From contig CAYYGZ010000002.1 of the NCBI GenBank assembly GCA_964471275.1, positions 1-55,695 of the forward strand: a DNA stretch of 55,695 nt. The letters are read 5' to 3'. Below the pieces are notes generated by a model. That model was not told the origin of the DNA. It was given only the letters and a program-made list of their open reading frames with translations, and did no database searches. Origin of the DNA: an uncultured bacterium. GTDB taxonomy: Bacteria > Latescibacterota > UBA2968. The position numbers were made by a program, and so were the translations under genes. Positions 9,153 through 18,568 of this stretch are shown piece after piece. How positions within the stretch are numbered: the first letter of the stretch is position 1; the number at the start of each line of letters is the position of its first letter.

Positions 9153-11114
9153 TTACTGCTTGAGGTTGACCGTCTCGGCCAGCATCTGATCAGTGGTCGT
9201 GACCACTCGCGAGTTGGCCTGGAAGCCGCGCTGCGAGATGATCAGATCCGTCAGTTCACGAGCCATATCGACGTTCGACAACTCGAGCGCACCGGAAATG
9301 ACCTGTGTTCCGATCGTGACCGTGGGGCGCTCCTCGACGCGGGAACCGGAGTTCTCTGTCTCCGCAAAGATGTTGCCTCCTAGGCGCTGTAGACCCCCCG
9401 GGTTCTCGAAGTCAGCGATGATCGTCCGTGCCAGGTTAACTGTCTGGCCGTTGTCAAACCGACCCTCGATCACACCGTCGGGCGAGATGAAGATTCGCTC
9501 GAGCGTTCCAGGCGCACGACCGTCCTGCGTGGCGACACCTGCCGTCGAGGGCGAGGCGAATTGCGTCAGACCCGTGATGGCCGGTTCCGTCTGCCGTTCA
9601 CCCGTCAGATCCACACGGATCGTCTGAACACCGCCAGAGGGCGTGAACTGGACCTGTGTGTCTACACCTTCAAGCGGTTTGAAGACTCGGTTCGACCCGT
9701 CCTCGTTGAACGTTATCGTGCCCAATGCCCCCTGATCGGGACGCTGGCCATCGATCTTCACGTCATAGGTCCACTTGTTTGCAACTGTGGATTCTGTCAA
9801 CGTGATGTTCATCGTCTTCGGGGCGCCCTGTGAATCGAAGATCACGGTGCTGATTCGGTGTTGCTCCGGCGGCATTGTTCCAATCAGTCCGCTATCCGTG
9901 GTTCCGCTGTCCTGAAGCGAGAAGCGGGCCGTGAAGCCCGTAACCGGAGCCGTGGTCGAATCGGTGAGCGTGATCTTCCCGTTTGCGTCGAGTGCGGCCG
10001 TCACACCGCCACCAAACTCTTTCTGGAAGGACGTCAGTAGACTCGCTACCGTTGTGCCATCGTTCGCGGCACCGAAGGTGAACCGCCCCTCGAAGGTCGT
10101 ACCGTCCGCCCGTGATCCGTTGAACTGGAAGATGTCACCGGCGTCCAGGTCCTTACCGATCTGCGACAGACTGTTGATGTCTGATGCAGCAACTGCGGGC
10201 GTGCTTGTACCGCTGGCCGTTGTGCCGCCAAAGATCGCGGCCACGCCGCCAGCCGTCACGTCGGAGATTGAGAGTGTCAGACCGGATCCACCGGTTGTGC
10301 GAATCTCGAGCTGACCGGCTTCATCGACCTGGGCGACGACCTGCCCAACCAACGCTTCGTTCGCGTTGATCGATGCGTTGAGAGCATCAGCGACGTCAGT
10401 CAGCGCGTTGTAGGTTGCATCGGGAATCGTAATCTGACCCTCGATCGGGTCACCCGTCGTAGTGATGTTGATCTCGATGCGATTCTCGGCGATGGCTCCC
10501 GTCACACCTGCTCCACTGACCGTGGATGCAAGCGTGAACTCCGTATCCGCCTTCAGGCTGGGCGAGGATCCCGGGTCCAGGTTGCCGGAGAGTTTGATGT
10601 CTGTTGTCGCCGCACCAGGGATCTCCTGCTGAAGATCCAGGCGGATCGGCTGCAGATCTGTCGCACCACCGGTGAATGACCCGTTTACGGCCAGGTTCCC
10701 CATCACGAGCATACCGTTGCTCGGGTTGACGAATCGACCGTCTGCGTCAAATCCGAATGCACCGTCACGTGTGTACATCTGCGTGCTGTTCTGGTCCTGC
10801 AGAATGAAGAACCCATTCCCTTCGAGTGCGAGGTCGGTGTTCTTCTCCGTTGTCTGGATACTGCCCTGAGCGAAGTTGGTGTCGATACTCTTGAGCCGAA
10901 CACCGCTACCGGCCTGAACCGGGTTGGTGCCCGATACTCCGCCTTCGGGGCCCGTCGCATCCTTCAACGTCTGAGCAAGCTGCTCTTCGAAGTTGGCGCG
11001 CTGGGCCTTGTATCCTGTCGTGTTTATATTCGCGAGGTTGTTGGCGACCACGTTCGTTCTCTGCTGATGAACCTGGATGCCCGATAATCCCGTGAATAGT
11101 GAGTTGAGTCCCAT
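9153..11114 (-). CDS. flgE: Flagellar hook protein FlgE, long form (~653 aa)
   Basis: SLFTGLSG...VVANNLANINTTGYK, TDLALEGNGFF, YTRDGAF, LELSNVDMARELTDLIISQRGFQANSRVVTT; ATG 11114 preferred on SD spacing. Confidence 0.97.
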   Translation of the reverse strand: MGLNSLFTGLSGIQVHQQRTNVVANNLANINTTGYKAQRANFEEQLAQTLKDATGPEGGVSGTNPVQAGSGVRLKSIDTNFAQGSIQTTEKNTDLALEGNGFFILQDQNSTQMYTRDGAFGFDADGRFVNPSNGMLVMGNLAVNGSFTGGATDLQPIRLDLQQEIPGAATTDIKLSGNLDPGSSPSLKADTEFTLASTVSGAGVTGAIAENRIEINITTTGDPIEGQITIPDATYNALTDVADALNASINANEALVGQVVAQVDEAGQLEIRTTGGSGLTLSISDVTAGGVAAIFGGTTASGTSTPAVAASDINSLSQIGKDLDAGDIFQFNGSRADGTTFEGRFTFGAANDGTTVASLLTSFQKEFGGGVTAALDANGKITLTDSTTAPVTGFTARFSLQDSGTTDSGLIGTMPPEQHRISTVIFDSQGAPKTMNITLTESTVANKWTYDVKIDGQRPDQGALGTITFNEDGSNRVFKPLEGVDTQVQFTPSGGVQTIRVDLTGERQTEPAITGLTQFASPSTAGVATQDGRAPGTLERIFISPDGVIEGRFDNGQTVNLARTIIADFENPGGLQRLGGNIFAETENSGSRVEERPTVTIGTQVISGALELSNVDMARELTDLIISQRGFQANSRVVTTTDQMLAETVNLKQ

Positions 11115-11137
11115 ACTCAACTGCCTCCGTGCTTTGG

Positions 11138-11194
11138 TCCGCTACCTCAATCGATCAGTAGCGGAGGAGCTTCCTCCTGAGGAGGTCCAGCTCC
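11138..11194 (-). promoter_or_regulatory. Candidate cis-regulatory tandem-hairpin RNA in the flgE leader
   Basis: Two abutting stem-loops on the mRNA: GGAGCU-GGA-CCUCC-UCA-GGAGG-A-AGCUCC and UCCGCUACU-GAUCGAUUGA-GGUAGCGGA, ending ~9 nt before the SD. Confidence 0.6.
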
Positions 11195-11320
11195 GGGGTG
11201 GATGTAGCGACAGCGGCTTTCCATAGCCATCTGTCTGGGATGTAGGAAGGAGCGCAGTGGCAGAGGACAGAGGGCAGAGCCCTTCCCTCAGCACACCAGA
11301 CTCAATCCAGACCGACTGCG

Positions 11321-11785
11321 TTACGTGACGACCATAGCGCTGTCGATGTTGGTGAAGAGATTCTCCGTGATGTGCTCACCATCCATGGCGGTAATGACCG
11401 TCCTGTTGGTCACGCTCACGACGAAGGCCAAATCCTCTCCTCTAGAATCACCCGGCATCAACATCAGCGCATCCTTTGCGCCTTTTTCAGCAGCCCGGGC
11501 GACGGCTTGATCAAGCCGCTGCATCGCATCCCTGCCAAGATTGATCTGGCGTGAAGCCAGCTTCTGCTGGGCGTGTGCGGAGAACTTCAAACCTTCCGCG
11601 AGCGGTTCGCCTGTCGAACCCGTCCTGGGTCCGTCCGAGCTCCTTACGAGCTCATTCAGCAGATCCTGGAAGCCACCCCCGACGATCTTGTCGACATGGC
11701 CTGTCGGCTTGTTCGACGTGACGCCTGGAGTACGGCCAAGACCCGGATCAAGGGGCGTGGCACTGTTCGGATAAACTCTGTTCAT
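11321..11785 (-). CDS. Flagellar operon protein (TIGR02530-like)
   Basis: LKFSAHAQQKLASRQI...AAEKGAKDALMLM...AFVVSVTNRTVITAMD...NLFTNIDSAMV; lies between flgD and flgE. Confidence 0.92.
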   Translation of the reverse strand: MNRVYPNSATPLDPGLGRTPGVTSNKPTGHVDKIVGGGFQDLLNELVRSSDGPRTGSTGEPLAEGLKFSAHAQQKLASRQINLGRDAMQRLDQAVARAAEKGAKDALMLMPGDSRGEDLAFVVSVTNRTVITAMDGEHITENLFTNIDSAMVVT

Positions 11786-11787
11786 CG

Positions 11788-12492
11788 TCAGCTTCCTTCA
11801 GTAACGCGTGTGACTGCGTAAAGAGGTGTCTCTCCTTCATCCGTGATGAGAATCGGCAAACCATCCTGGTATCGAACACCGGTTACGGTTCCTGCGGCAC
11901 CGGATGCCACCTCAACAGGTGACCCCTGGTGGGTCGCAGAGGGTACCAACTGATAGGTTCCAGCGGTTACGTCATCACCATCGGTATCCTTGCCGTCCCA
12001 CGCGATACTTGCATTCCCTTGCTCCGGGTTGCCGTCAACGAGTGTCCGAACGATGTTTCCAGATCCGTCGACGATCCGGATGGTGACGTTGTCCGCAGGT
12101 CCTTCCAGGTTGTATCCTATTCGCTTCGATCCATCACCCGTGTAGTCGAGCGTGTTCGTGGATACCTGAACCTCTCGACCCATCAGGCCAACCGCCGTGT
12201 TGCTGTCGATCGCCAGGCGAACGCTTTCGGTGGCCTCAACCCCCTGATCTGTGCTCAGGGTATCGTTGATGGATGTGAGTTGCTCGAGGGAACTGAACTG
12301 GGCGAGCTGCGCAACGAAATCTTCGTTTTTGACCGGATCCAACGGGTCCTGATTCTGCAGCTGCAAGGTCAGCAACCTCAAGAACGCATCTCGACCGAGC
12401 TCCTGATCAGATGACACCGCGTCCGTGAGTGCGGTGGCCTGCGAGATCGCAGCGTCAGCCGCTGCAGTCGAAGATGCAATACCTATAGACAT
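11788..12492 (-). CDS. flgD: Hook capping protein FlgD
   Basis: LGRDAFLRLLTLQLQNQDPLDP...FVAQLAQFSSLEQ; C-terminal Ig-like WDGKD. Confidence 0.97.
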   Translation of the reverse strand: MSIGIASSTAAADAAISQATALTDAVSSDQELGRDAFLRLLTLQLQNQDPLDPVKNEDFVAQLAQFSSLEQLTSINDTLSTDQGVEATESVRLAIDSNTAVGLMGREVQVSTNTLDYTGDGSKRIGYNLEGPADNVTIRIVDGSGNIVRTLVDGNPEQGNASIAWDGKDTDGDDVTAGTYQLVPSATHQGSPVEVASGAAGTVTGVRYQDGLPILITDEGETPLYAVTRVTEGS

Positions 12493-12611
12493 ATCGTTTC
12501 ACCTCCTTCCACTGGATTTTACATCCCTTCGGTGATTCCGCCGCCGGTATGACGTCCGTGTCCCGTGGCGACGCTGCATTCACTACACTGCGCGGCGTGA
12601 AGCCACGCTTG

Positions 12612-14918
12612 CTACACTACATAATCGACTTCGCCGTCATTGAGAATTCGGGGCGAACGCCGTTCCTGGCTTTCGTCCTGATCTCGCGTCTGGCTGTCAC
12701 GGTCGGATGCCGGATTTCCGTCCCGATCCGCCTCTTCACGACGAGAAGCAGCACTTCCATCGCGATCGACGTTCGAGCGGCCACCTGATTCAACCGATAC
12801 TTCGATGTTGTCTACCTGTATGCCCTGATTGCCGAGGGACTCACGCAACTCAGCCATGTTCCGGTTCACGATTTCCTGAACCATCCGGCTTTCCACGCGA
12901 ATCTCGCCGCTCAGGACCTTGTCGACGCTCGAAAGCCTGATCGTGATTTCACCCAGTTCGGGTGGGTCCAACCTGAGCGTGACCTGGTTTGCTCCCTCCC
13001 GGGTGAGGAACCGTGCGCCACGTACGATCTGATTCGTGACTTTCGACTCTTCGACATCGGTAGGTGGCGGTGCTTGCTGGTCAGAGATCTCCACAGAAGG
13101 GAGGCCCTGACCGCCTCTGGCAACACCGTTACTCGGGAGTAATCCCGATTCCGGCGCTGCCGGTGTGTTGCTGATGGCCTGCGCTTCTGGTCTGCTCGAA
13201 GGCAGCAGATCCTGAAGCTGGACCTCCGACTCAGAACTCGCATCAGTCTGAGCGTAAGGGTCGGCCGTCACACGGGCACGATCCAGGATCGTGGGTCTAT
13301 TCACCGTGCTGTGCGTGACCTGAGGCTCATCCTTCCGCAAGAGCTCCGGATCGGATCCCTTGATGACGCCGGCCAGTTCATCGGTTCGGACGTTCGGCTC
13401 CACGAGCAAGTCCACCTCGCCGCTCTGGCTCTGCCGGACTATTCCGGCCTGGCCTTGCCGGACCGAATCGACCTGACTTTGCCGGACCGTACCGATTTGC
13501 GGGGTCTCTGCCCGTGTTCCGATTCTACTCTCCGGTGTCTGCCCGGGCCCAACTGAAGCGGCTTCCTGTGATGGGCGCGCGTCAGGCAATGCGGTGCCCT
13601 GCTCGCTACCCATCGTGGCAGGCCGTTCAGAAAGGTTGACCTGCTTGGGGAGTCGTGGCCCGCCGGCCTGTTCAACATCGTCATCCATGGATCTCAAGAG
13701 ATCCGCAACGCGTGGACTCAGGTCCGTGTTCGCATCGCTCGGGATCGATGGGGAGACCTGCCCAGATGATTCGGACTCCCCGGATGCTGACTGACCCTGT
13801 ATTGTCTCGCTCAGCGCCGTTCCGTTAACCGTGGCCTCGGGGGCCAGGCCAAACAGATTTTGCTGTGGAGAAGCGAAACGCCTCGGGCTCGTCACTTCGA
13901 TGTTGGAGCCGTCAAGACGGCTGGACTCTTCTGACGAACCGTAAGGTTCAGACAAACGCGACTGGGTTGAAGCAAGGCCCGGCGCCTGAGGTGCAGGCGT
14001 GTGGACCTGTGAGTTCGACCCACCTCGTTCACCCGTTACAAAATCTTCGAACGACTCAGTGCGAGCAGAACGTTCGACTCCACCGACAAAGCGCACCGGA
14101 TCGGCCTGCTTATCCAGAACCTGATCTCGATCGACAGGAGTCGTGGCTGTTCCTTCGGAGTCATCCGTAAGAGACAGGCTCTGATCCTCTGTGCGATCTC
14201 GAGGTGTGGTGGAGTAGGAAAACCGATTCGCATCGGGAAGCGGTTCCTGCTGACTGTCCCATACCTGCCCTCTCGGAGCGGGGACGGTCGATGAGCCGTC
14301 ACGATCGGATGCGTCGCCATCCAACCAGACAGAGGCATCATCCTCTGACAGGCCGGCGGGTTCGATCGTGTTGGTTTCAGGTGAATGTGAACTCGCGGAT
14401 TGATTCGGCCGTTCGTTACCACCGATCGTACGGAACTCATCTTCGAGGAAGGGGAGCTCTGTCTGTGAGATGGTGGGAGGAACTGCCGGGTCCGTCTTCT
14501 CACCCAAGTCGAGAGGGCTTTCCGATGCTTCGGAAAGGACTGGGTTCTGAGACGAGACTCGGGTTACGCCGTTCGTGAGACCTGGTTCGATCGGGACTTC
14601 GGGTTCTGCTTGTACCGTTACGGTCTGCCCCTGAAGGGGGTGACCCGAAGTGTGCCGTTCGAGACCCGGATTCTGTGGTCGGTCCGCAGCAGGCTGCGAG
14701 CCATCCCCAGAGCTCTGCGATTGCTCTGCAGAGATTGTCTCGGCGATCACATCGGCGAGGGAGGGATATCCTGAGCCAGAGCTCTGTCCCCCTCCATTCG
14801 CCTGCTGAACGCCTTGGAATATCTCCTGGAACGGATTGCCGTCGACATCATTCCCAACGGCAGCGCTGCCCGATGGGGATGAATCTCCGACCAATCCGAA
14901 TAGTGGATTCAGGAGCAT
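12612..14918 (-). CDS. fliK: Hook-length control protein FliK (~768 aa)
   Basis: Long S/P/E-rich disordered N-terminal part; C-terminal VTLRLDPPELGEITIRL...LRESLGNQGIQV domain; start ambiguous (14918 or 14981). Confidence 0.92.
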   Translation of the reverse strand: MLLNPLFGLVGDSSPSGSAAVGNDVDGNPFQEIFQGVQQANGGGQSSGSGYPSLADVIAETISAEQSQSSGDGSQPAADRPQNPGLERHTSGHPLQGQTVTVQAEPEVPIEPGLTNGVTRVSSQNPVLSEASESPLDLGEKTDPAVPPTISQTELPFLEDEFRTIGGNERPNQSASSHSPETNTIEPAGLSEDDASVWLDGDASDRDGSSTVPAPRGQVWDSQQEPLPDANRFSYSTTPRDRTEDQSLSLTDDSEGTATTPVDRDQVLDKQADPVRFVGGVERSARTESFEDFVTGERGGSNSQVHTPAPQAPGLASTQSRLSEPYGSSEESSRLDGSNIEVTSPRRFASPQQNLFGLAPEATVNGTALSETIQGQSASGESESSGQVSPSIPSDANTDLSPRVADLLRSMDDDVEQAGGPRLPKQVNLSERPATMGSEQGTALPDARPSQEAASVGPGQTPESRIGTRAETPQIGTVRQSQVDSVRQGQAGIVRQSQSGEVDLLVEPNVRTDELAGVIKGSDPELLRKDEPQVTHSTVNRPTILDRARVTADPYAQTDASSESEVQLQDLLPSSRPEAQAISNTPAAPESGLLPSNGVARGGQGLPSVEISDQQAPPPTDVEESKVTNQIVRGARFLTREGANQVTLRLDPPELGEITIRLSSVDKVLSGEIRVESRMVQEIVNRNMAELRESLGNQGIQVDNIEVSVESGGRSNVDRDGSAASRREEADRDGNPASDRDSQTRDQDESQERRSPRILNDGEVDYVV

Positions 14919-15014
14919 GGGTGGGTCTCCAATTGGGATTGAAGAGAACGGTTTTGGGGTGAAGGGATGGGCCCGGCTCACGGCCGGGCAGGGACACGGT
15001 TTTTGGTTGTCGTG

Positions 15015-15587
15015 TTACTTGCTTTGGGTGGTTCCGCTCAGTAGGGCAGCGGACAGCGTCGCCTTGCGACCGTCGTTGCCGAGACTGTTCAGGATACGCG
15101 CTGCATTCCGCTCGGGCAGGGCGGGGAGGATCTCGAGGACCATCGCGTCGTCCATCTGATCCATGATCGCCGCCGCGTCTGCCGGTTTCATCGCGCCATA
15201 CAGGGTGGTCAGCTGAGCAAGACGGTCTGCCCGCTTCTTGGTTTCTGCTTCATTGCCCTGAGCGTTCTCGGTTGCCTTCGTTTTGACTTCGTCGGACAGA
15301 CGTATCGTTTCCTGCTCCAGCACCGTCTGGTTCTTCCGGAGCATTACGATTTGCTCTTCCAGCTCGGCTTTCTGCTGTTGCAGAAGGAGCAGCCCATCCT
15401 GAGCTTCCCACACTTCATCGGGCTTGAGGAATGCGCTCTCACCACCGGGCAGTTCGCCGCTGAGCAGAGCTTTCGCCTCATCGATGTTTTGCACGGCGCT
15501 CGTCGCGAAGAGGATGACCAGCCCGATCGCGGTAAATGACAGTGTCATCCCGATGACGAGCAGTAGTATGAGGGCGATTTTTTTCAC
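15015..15587 (-). CDS. Membrane-anchored coiled-coil protein with MgtE-N-like C-terminus (YlxF/FlbB/MotE-like)
   Basis: N-terminal TM, coiled coil, LTTLYGAMKPADAAAIMDQMDD...ILPALPERNAARIL; canonical position after fliJ. Confidence 0.85.
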   Translation of the reverse strand: MKKIALILLLVIGMTLSFTAIGLVILFATSAVQNIDEAKALLSGELPGGESAFLKPDEVWEAQDGLLLLQQQKAELEEQIVMLRKNQTVLEQETIRLSDEVKTKATENAQGNEAETKKRADRLAQLTTLYGAMKPADAAAIMDQMDDAMVLEILPALPERNAARILNSLGNDGRKATLSAALLSGTTQSK

Positions 15588-16051
15588 TTTTCCGGATCTT
15601 CCTGTTGTCTTCTGCGGTGAGCGGAACGGTTGGCCGTCTCGTCCGTTTCTGCCTGTTCGCGCTTTCTCTCGTCCTTCTTGAACGTATGGTGATCACGCTC
15701 GCGCAAGTTCTCCAGGACCTTGTTTTCCTGGACCGCTTTGATCAATTCCGCTCTCCTGCTCTCTGTCACCTGCCGAGCTGCATCTACCTTTTCCTGTTGT
15801 GCGTCGATCTTTTCGCTCAGGCTGCTGATGTATGCGTGGGCCGCTTGCAAGTCGAGTGCGTTGAGCTTACCGTCCTGGCTGGATTTGAGCTGGTCGGTCT
15901 GCTCTTTTCGCTGCTCTTCGAGTGATCTGAGCTTGCCTCCCTCAGCGTTCTGTGCGCCCTGCGCCTGGCCGAAGGCCTGCTTCTTCTGATCCTCGTGACG
16001 CTCCTTGGCTTTCTTGACCGTGTCAAGACGCCATTTGAATCGCTTTGCCAC
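15584..16051 (-). CDS. fliJ: Flagellar export protein FliJ
   Basis: GTG start after GGAGG: MAKRFKWRLDTVKK; coiled coil; KVLENLRER...EQAETDE. Confidence 0.93.
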   Translation of the reverse strand: MAKRFKWRLDTVKKAKERHEDQKKQAFGQAQGAQNAEGGKLRSLEEQRKEQTDQLKSSQDGKLNALDLQAAHAYISSLSEKIDAQQEKVDAARQVTESRRAELIKAVQENKVLENLRERDHHTFKKDERKREQAETDETANRSAHRRRQQEDPEK

Positions 16052-16238
16052 TACCTCCGCCAGTCCCGTCTGCCCGTAGAGCACTTGACACACTGTGCAA
16101 GACCGAAGGTGCGGGGTAAGCTGGATCTGCAGCACGTCTCACCCCTGTGATTCGAGCCGATCATCGTCTCGATTGGATTCATCGATGTTCTCCTGTGTGA
16201 CACGCGTGGGGTGGGACGCGATCACACGTTGCTGTAGA

Positions 16239-17549
16239 CTATTCAGTTGTCAGCAGGCTGATCATCTGTTCGTAGGTCTGCTGGAAGGGCGTGTTCTCTT
16301 CGATGCCCTGTCTCAGGAATATGTTGATCGCGTTTACGTATCGAATCGCAAAGTCGATCTCGGGGTTGTTTCCCTCCTGATACGCACCCACGTTGATGAG
16401 GTCTTCCGCTTCCCGGTAGTTGACCAGAATCTCCTTGATTCGGTTCGAAGTATCGAAGTGCGCGTCAGAGACGACGTCGACCATAACCCGGCTGACACTC
16501 TCGAGGACATCAATTGCCGGGTAGTGGCCCTGTGATTGAAGCCTTCTTGAGAGTACGATGTGACCGTCGAGAATCGACCTGACCGCGTCGGCGACGGGTT
16601 CGTCCATTTCGTCTCCCTCGACAAGGACCGTATAGAGACCGGTGATGCTTCCTGCTTCCCCCATTCCCGCTCGCTCTAGAAGCCTGGGTAGCATTGCGAA
16701 TGTCGAGGGTGTGTAGCCCCTTGTCGTCGGGGGCTCACCGATTGCCAGGCCGACCTCGCGTTGCGCCATGGCGACGCGTGTGACAGAATCCATCATTAGC
16801 ATGACGTTCAGACCTTCATCACGAAAGTACTCGGCTACAGCCGTGGCGACCTGTGCACCCTTGATGCGAACGAGTGCCGGCTGATCGCTGGTCGCGACGA
16901 TGACGACCGACTTTGCGAGTCCTTCCGGACCCAGATCCCGTTCGATGAACTCGCGGACCTCACGACCCCGCTCGCCGATGAGCGCAATGACATTGACATC
17001 GGCTTCTGCGTTGCGGGCGAGCATCCCGAGCAGCACGCTCTTTCCGACACCGCTACCTGCGAATATGCCGGCACGCTGTCCCTTGCCGCATGTGATCAGG
17101 CTGTCGATCGCGCGTATTCCCGTTCCCAGTGGCTCTGTGATGCGCTGACGGCCTAGCGGATCGGGTGGGGGAGCGATAACCGACCGTGTCTCTGTGGCCC
17201 AGATCGGTCCTTTGCCATCGATCGGTTCACCCAGGCCGTTTAGGACACGGCCCAGAAGGCTTTCACCGACTTTGACGGTAAAAGCTTTGTCGGTTGCCGT
17301 TACCTTACTCCCGGGCGAGATGCCTTCCATCTGACCCAGCGGCATCAGGAGCACTCGGTTCTGCCGAAAGCCAACGACCTCGGCGAGAACCGGTTCACCA
17401 CCGCCAACATTGGTGATGCTGCACAGCTCGCCGACCGATACCGGTGGCCCGTCTGTTTCGATGACAAGACCGACAACCTGATTGACCTTGCCTCTGATCC
17501 TGATCGGGTCGGTGTTGTCGAGTGTCTGGTTGAGTCGGTGGCTGTTCAC
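16239..17549 (-). CDS. fliI: Flagellum-specific ATPase FliI
   Basis: Walker A AGSGVGKS, LIGERGREV, MDSVTR, ILDGHIVLSR, YPAIDVLESVSR. Confidence 0.98.
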   Translation of the reverse strand: MNSHRLNQTLDNTDPIRIRGKVNQVVGLVIETDGPPVSVGELCSITNVGGGEPVLAEVVGFRQNRVLLMPLGQMEGISPGSKVTATDKAFTVKVGESLLGRVLNGLGEPIDGKGPIWATETRSVIAPPPDPLGRQRITEPLGTGIRAIDSLITCGKGQRAGIFAGSGVGKSVLLGMLARNAEADVNVIALIGERGREVREFIERDLGPEGLAKSVVIVATSDQPALVRIKGAQVATAVAEYFRDEGLNVMLMMDSVTRVAMAQREVGLAIGEPPTTRGYTPSTFAMLPRLLERAGMGEAGSITGLYTVLVEGDEMDEPVADAVRSILDGHIVLSRRLQSQGHYPAIDVLESVSRVMVDVVSDAHFDTSNRIKEILVNYREAEDLINVGAYQEGNNPEIDFAIRYVNAINIFLRQGIEENTPFQQTYEQMISLLTTE

Positions 17550-18565
17550 GTTTCCTGACTGTCGTCGGTTCGGTTGATCTCTTCCAGGAGGGCGGTCCGG
17601 AGTCGCTCGAGCCGCTCCTCAATCTGTGCGTCTACATCTCCGATCGGTGTTTCCACGACACAGCCGCCCTTGCTTACGCTTGGTTCTGCTTCGATCAGCA
17701 GATGATCGATGCTTTCCAGTGATTCAAGCCAATCGTTTCGGTGCCGGCGAACCGCTTCGAGGTCGTCCGGGTTGACCCGGATGATGACTTTTGTCTTGTC
17801 CTCAACGTAAGCGAGGCAATCGTGAACTGCCTTGAGGACCGCCTCCTGGTTCTGCTCGACCTCGACATCGATGATCTTCTGTGCAATGCGGATGGACAGA
17901 TCTGTTACCTCGGCGTCGTAGGGCCGGAGCGTGTCCTTCCACTGTCCGGTGAGCGTGTCGACTAGCTGTTGAAACCGTCCGACCTCTTCCTCGCTCTGAT
18001 TGAGGCCCTGCTTTGTTCCTTCGTTCGTGCCGTCCTCAAACCCGGCATGGTATGCGTCTTCCTTCTCTTGCTGGAATCGTTCTTCGAACTCCGCGAGCCT
18101 GGCCTCGACAATTGCTTCGATCTCGCTGGCTGACGCGGACAGTTCCTCTTCTGCTCCCGATTCCGGATGATCGCCGATCGTCGTCGATGCCGCTACATCT
18201 CTTTCTGCGACTTCCTCGAGGCCAATCATGATCTCACCCTCTTCGCCCGGTTCGCCATCCGCGGTCTGCGTGGGAAGGTCACCGACAGTATTCGCAGATT
18301 CGATGGGACCTTCGGGCGATGCATCTGTCACCTTGCCAGTTTCGTCGGTTACCGGCGCCCCCGAGCTGTCCTGGCCCACCGGCTCTCCCCCCTTGGCTGC
18401 ACTCTCACCGAAATCTTCCGGCGATTCTACAGTGTCAGCGGTAGGACTGATATCCGAGAAAGCATCCTCACCTTCGGCCCCCGCAGCAGGCGAGTGCCCG
18501 TGCGGCTGAACCGCAATGACGACAGGTTCTTCGGAGATGTAAGGAGAACGCAGTATGCGATTCAT
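17546..18565 (-). CDS. fliH: Flagellar assembly protein FliH with acidic insertion
   Basis: AxxxG/GxxxG repeats (AYHAGFEDGTNEG), IRVNPDD, GGCVVETPIGDVDA; overlaps the fliI start. Confidence 0.92.
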   Translation of the reverse strand: MNRILRSPYISEEPVVIAVQPHGHSPAAGAEGEDAFSDISPTADTVESPEDFGESAAKGGEPVGQDSSGAPVTDETGKVTDASPEGPIESANTVGDLPTQTADGEPGEEGEIMIGLEEVAERDVAASTTIGDHPESGAEEELSASASEIEAIVEARLAEFEERFQQEKEDAYHAGFEDGTNEGTKQGLNQSEEEVGRFQQLVDTLTGQWKDTLRPYDAEVTDLSIRIAQKIIDVEVEQNQEAVLKAVHDCLAYVEDKTKVIIRVNPDDLEAVRRHRNDWLESLESIDHLLIEAEPSVSKGGCVVETPIGDVDAQIEERLERLRTALLEEINRTDDSQET

Positions 18566-18568
18566 GGA

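Noticed and set aside
10570..10620. Spirochaete-type lysinoalanine cross-link site in FlgE
   Set aside because: The sequence is ATTDIKLSGNLD; the catalytic Cys before NL is absent.
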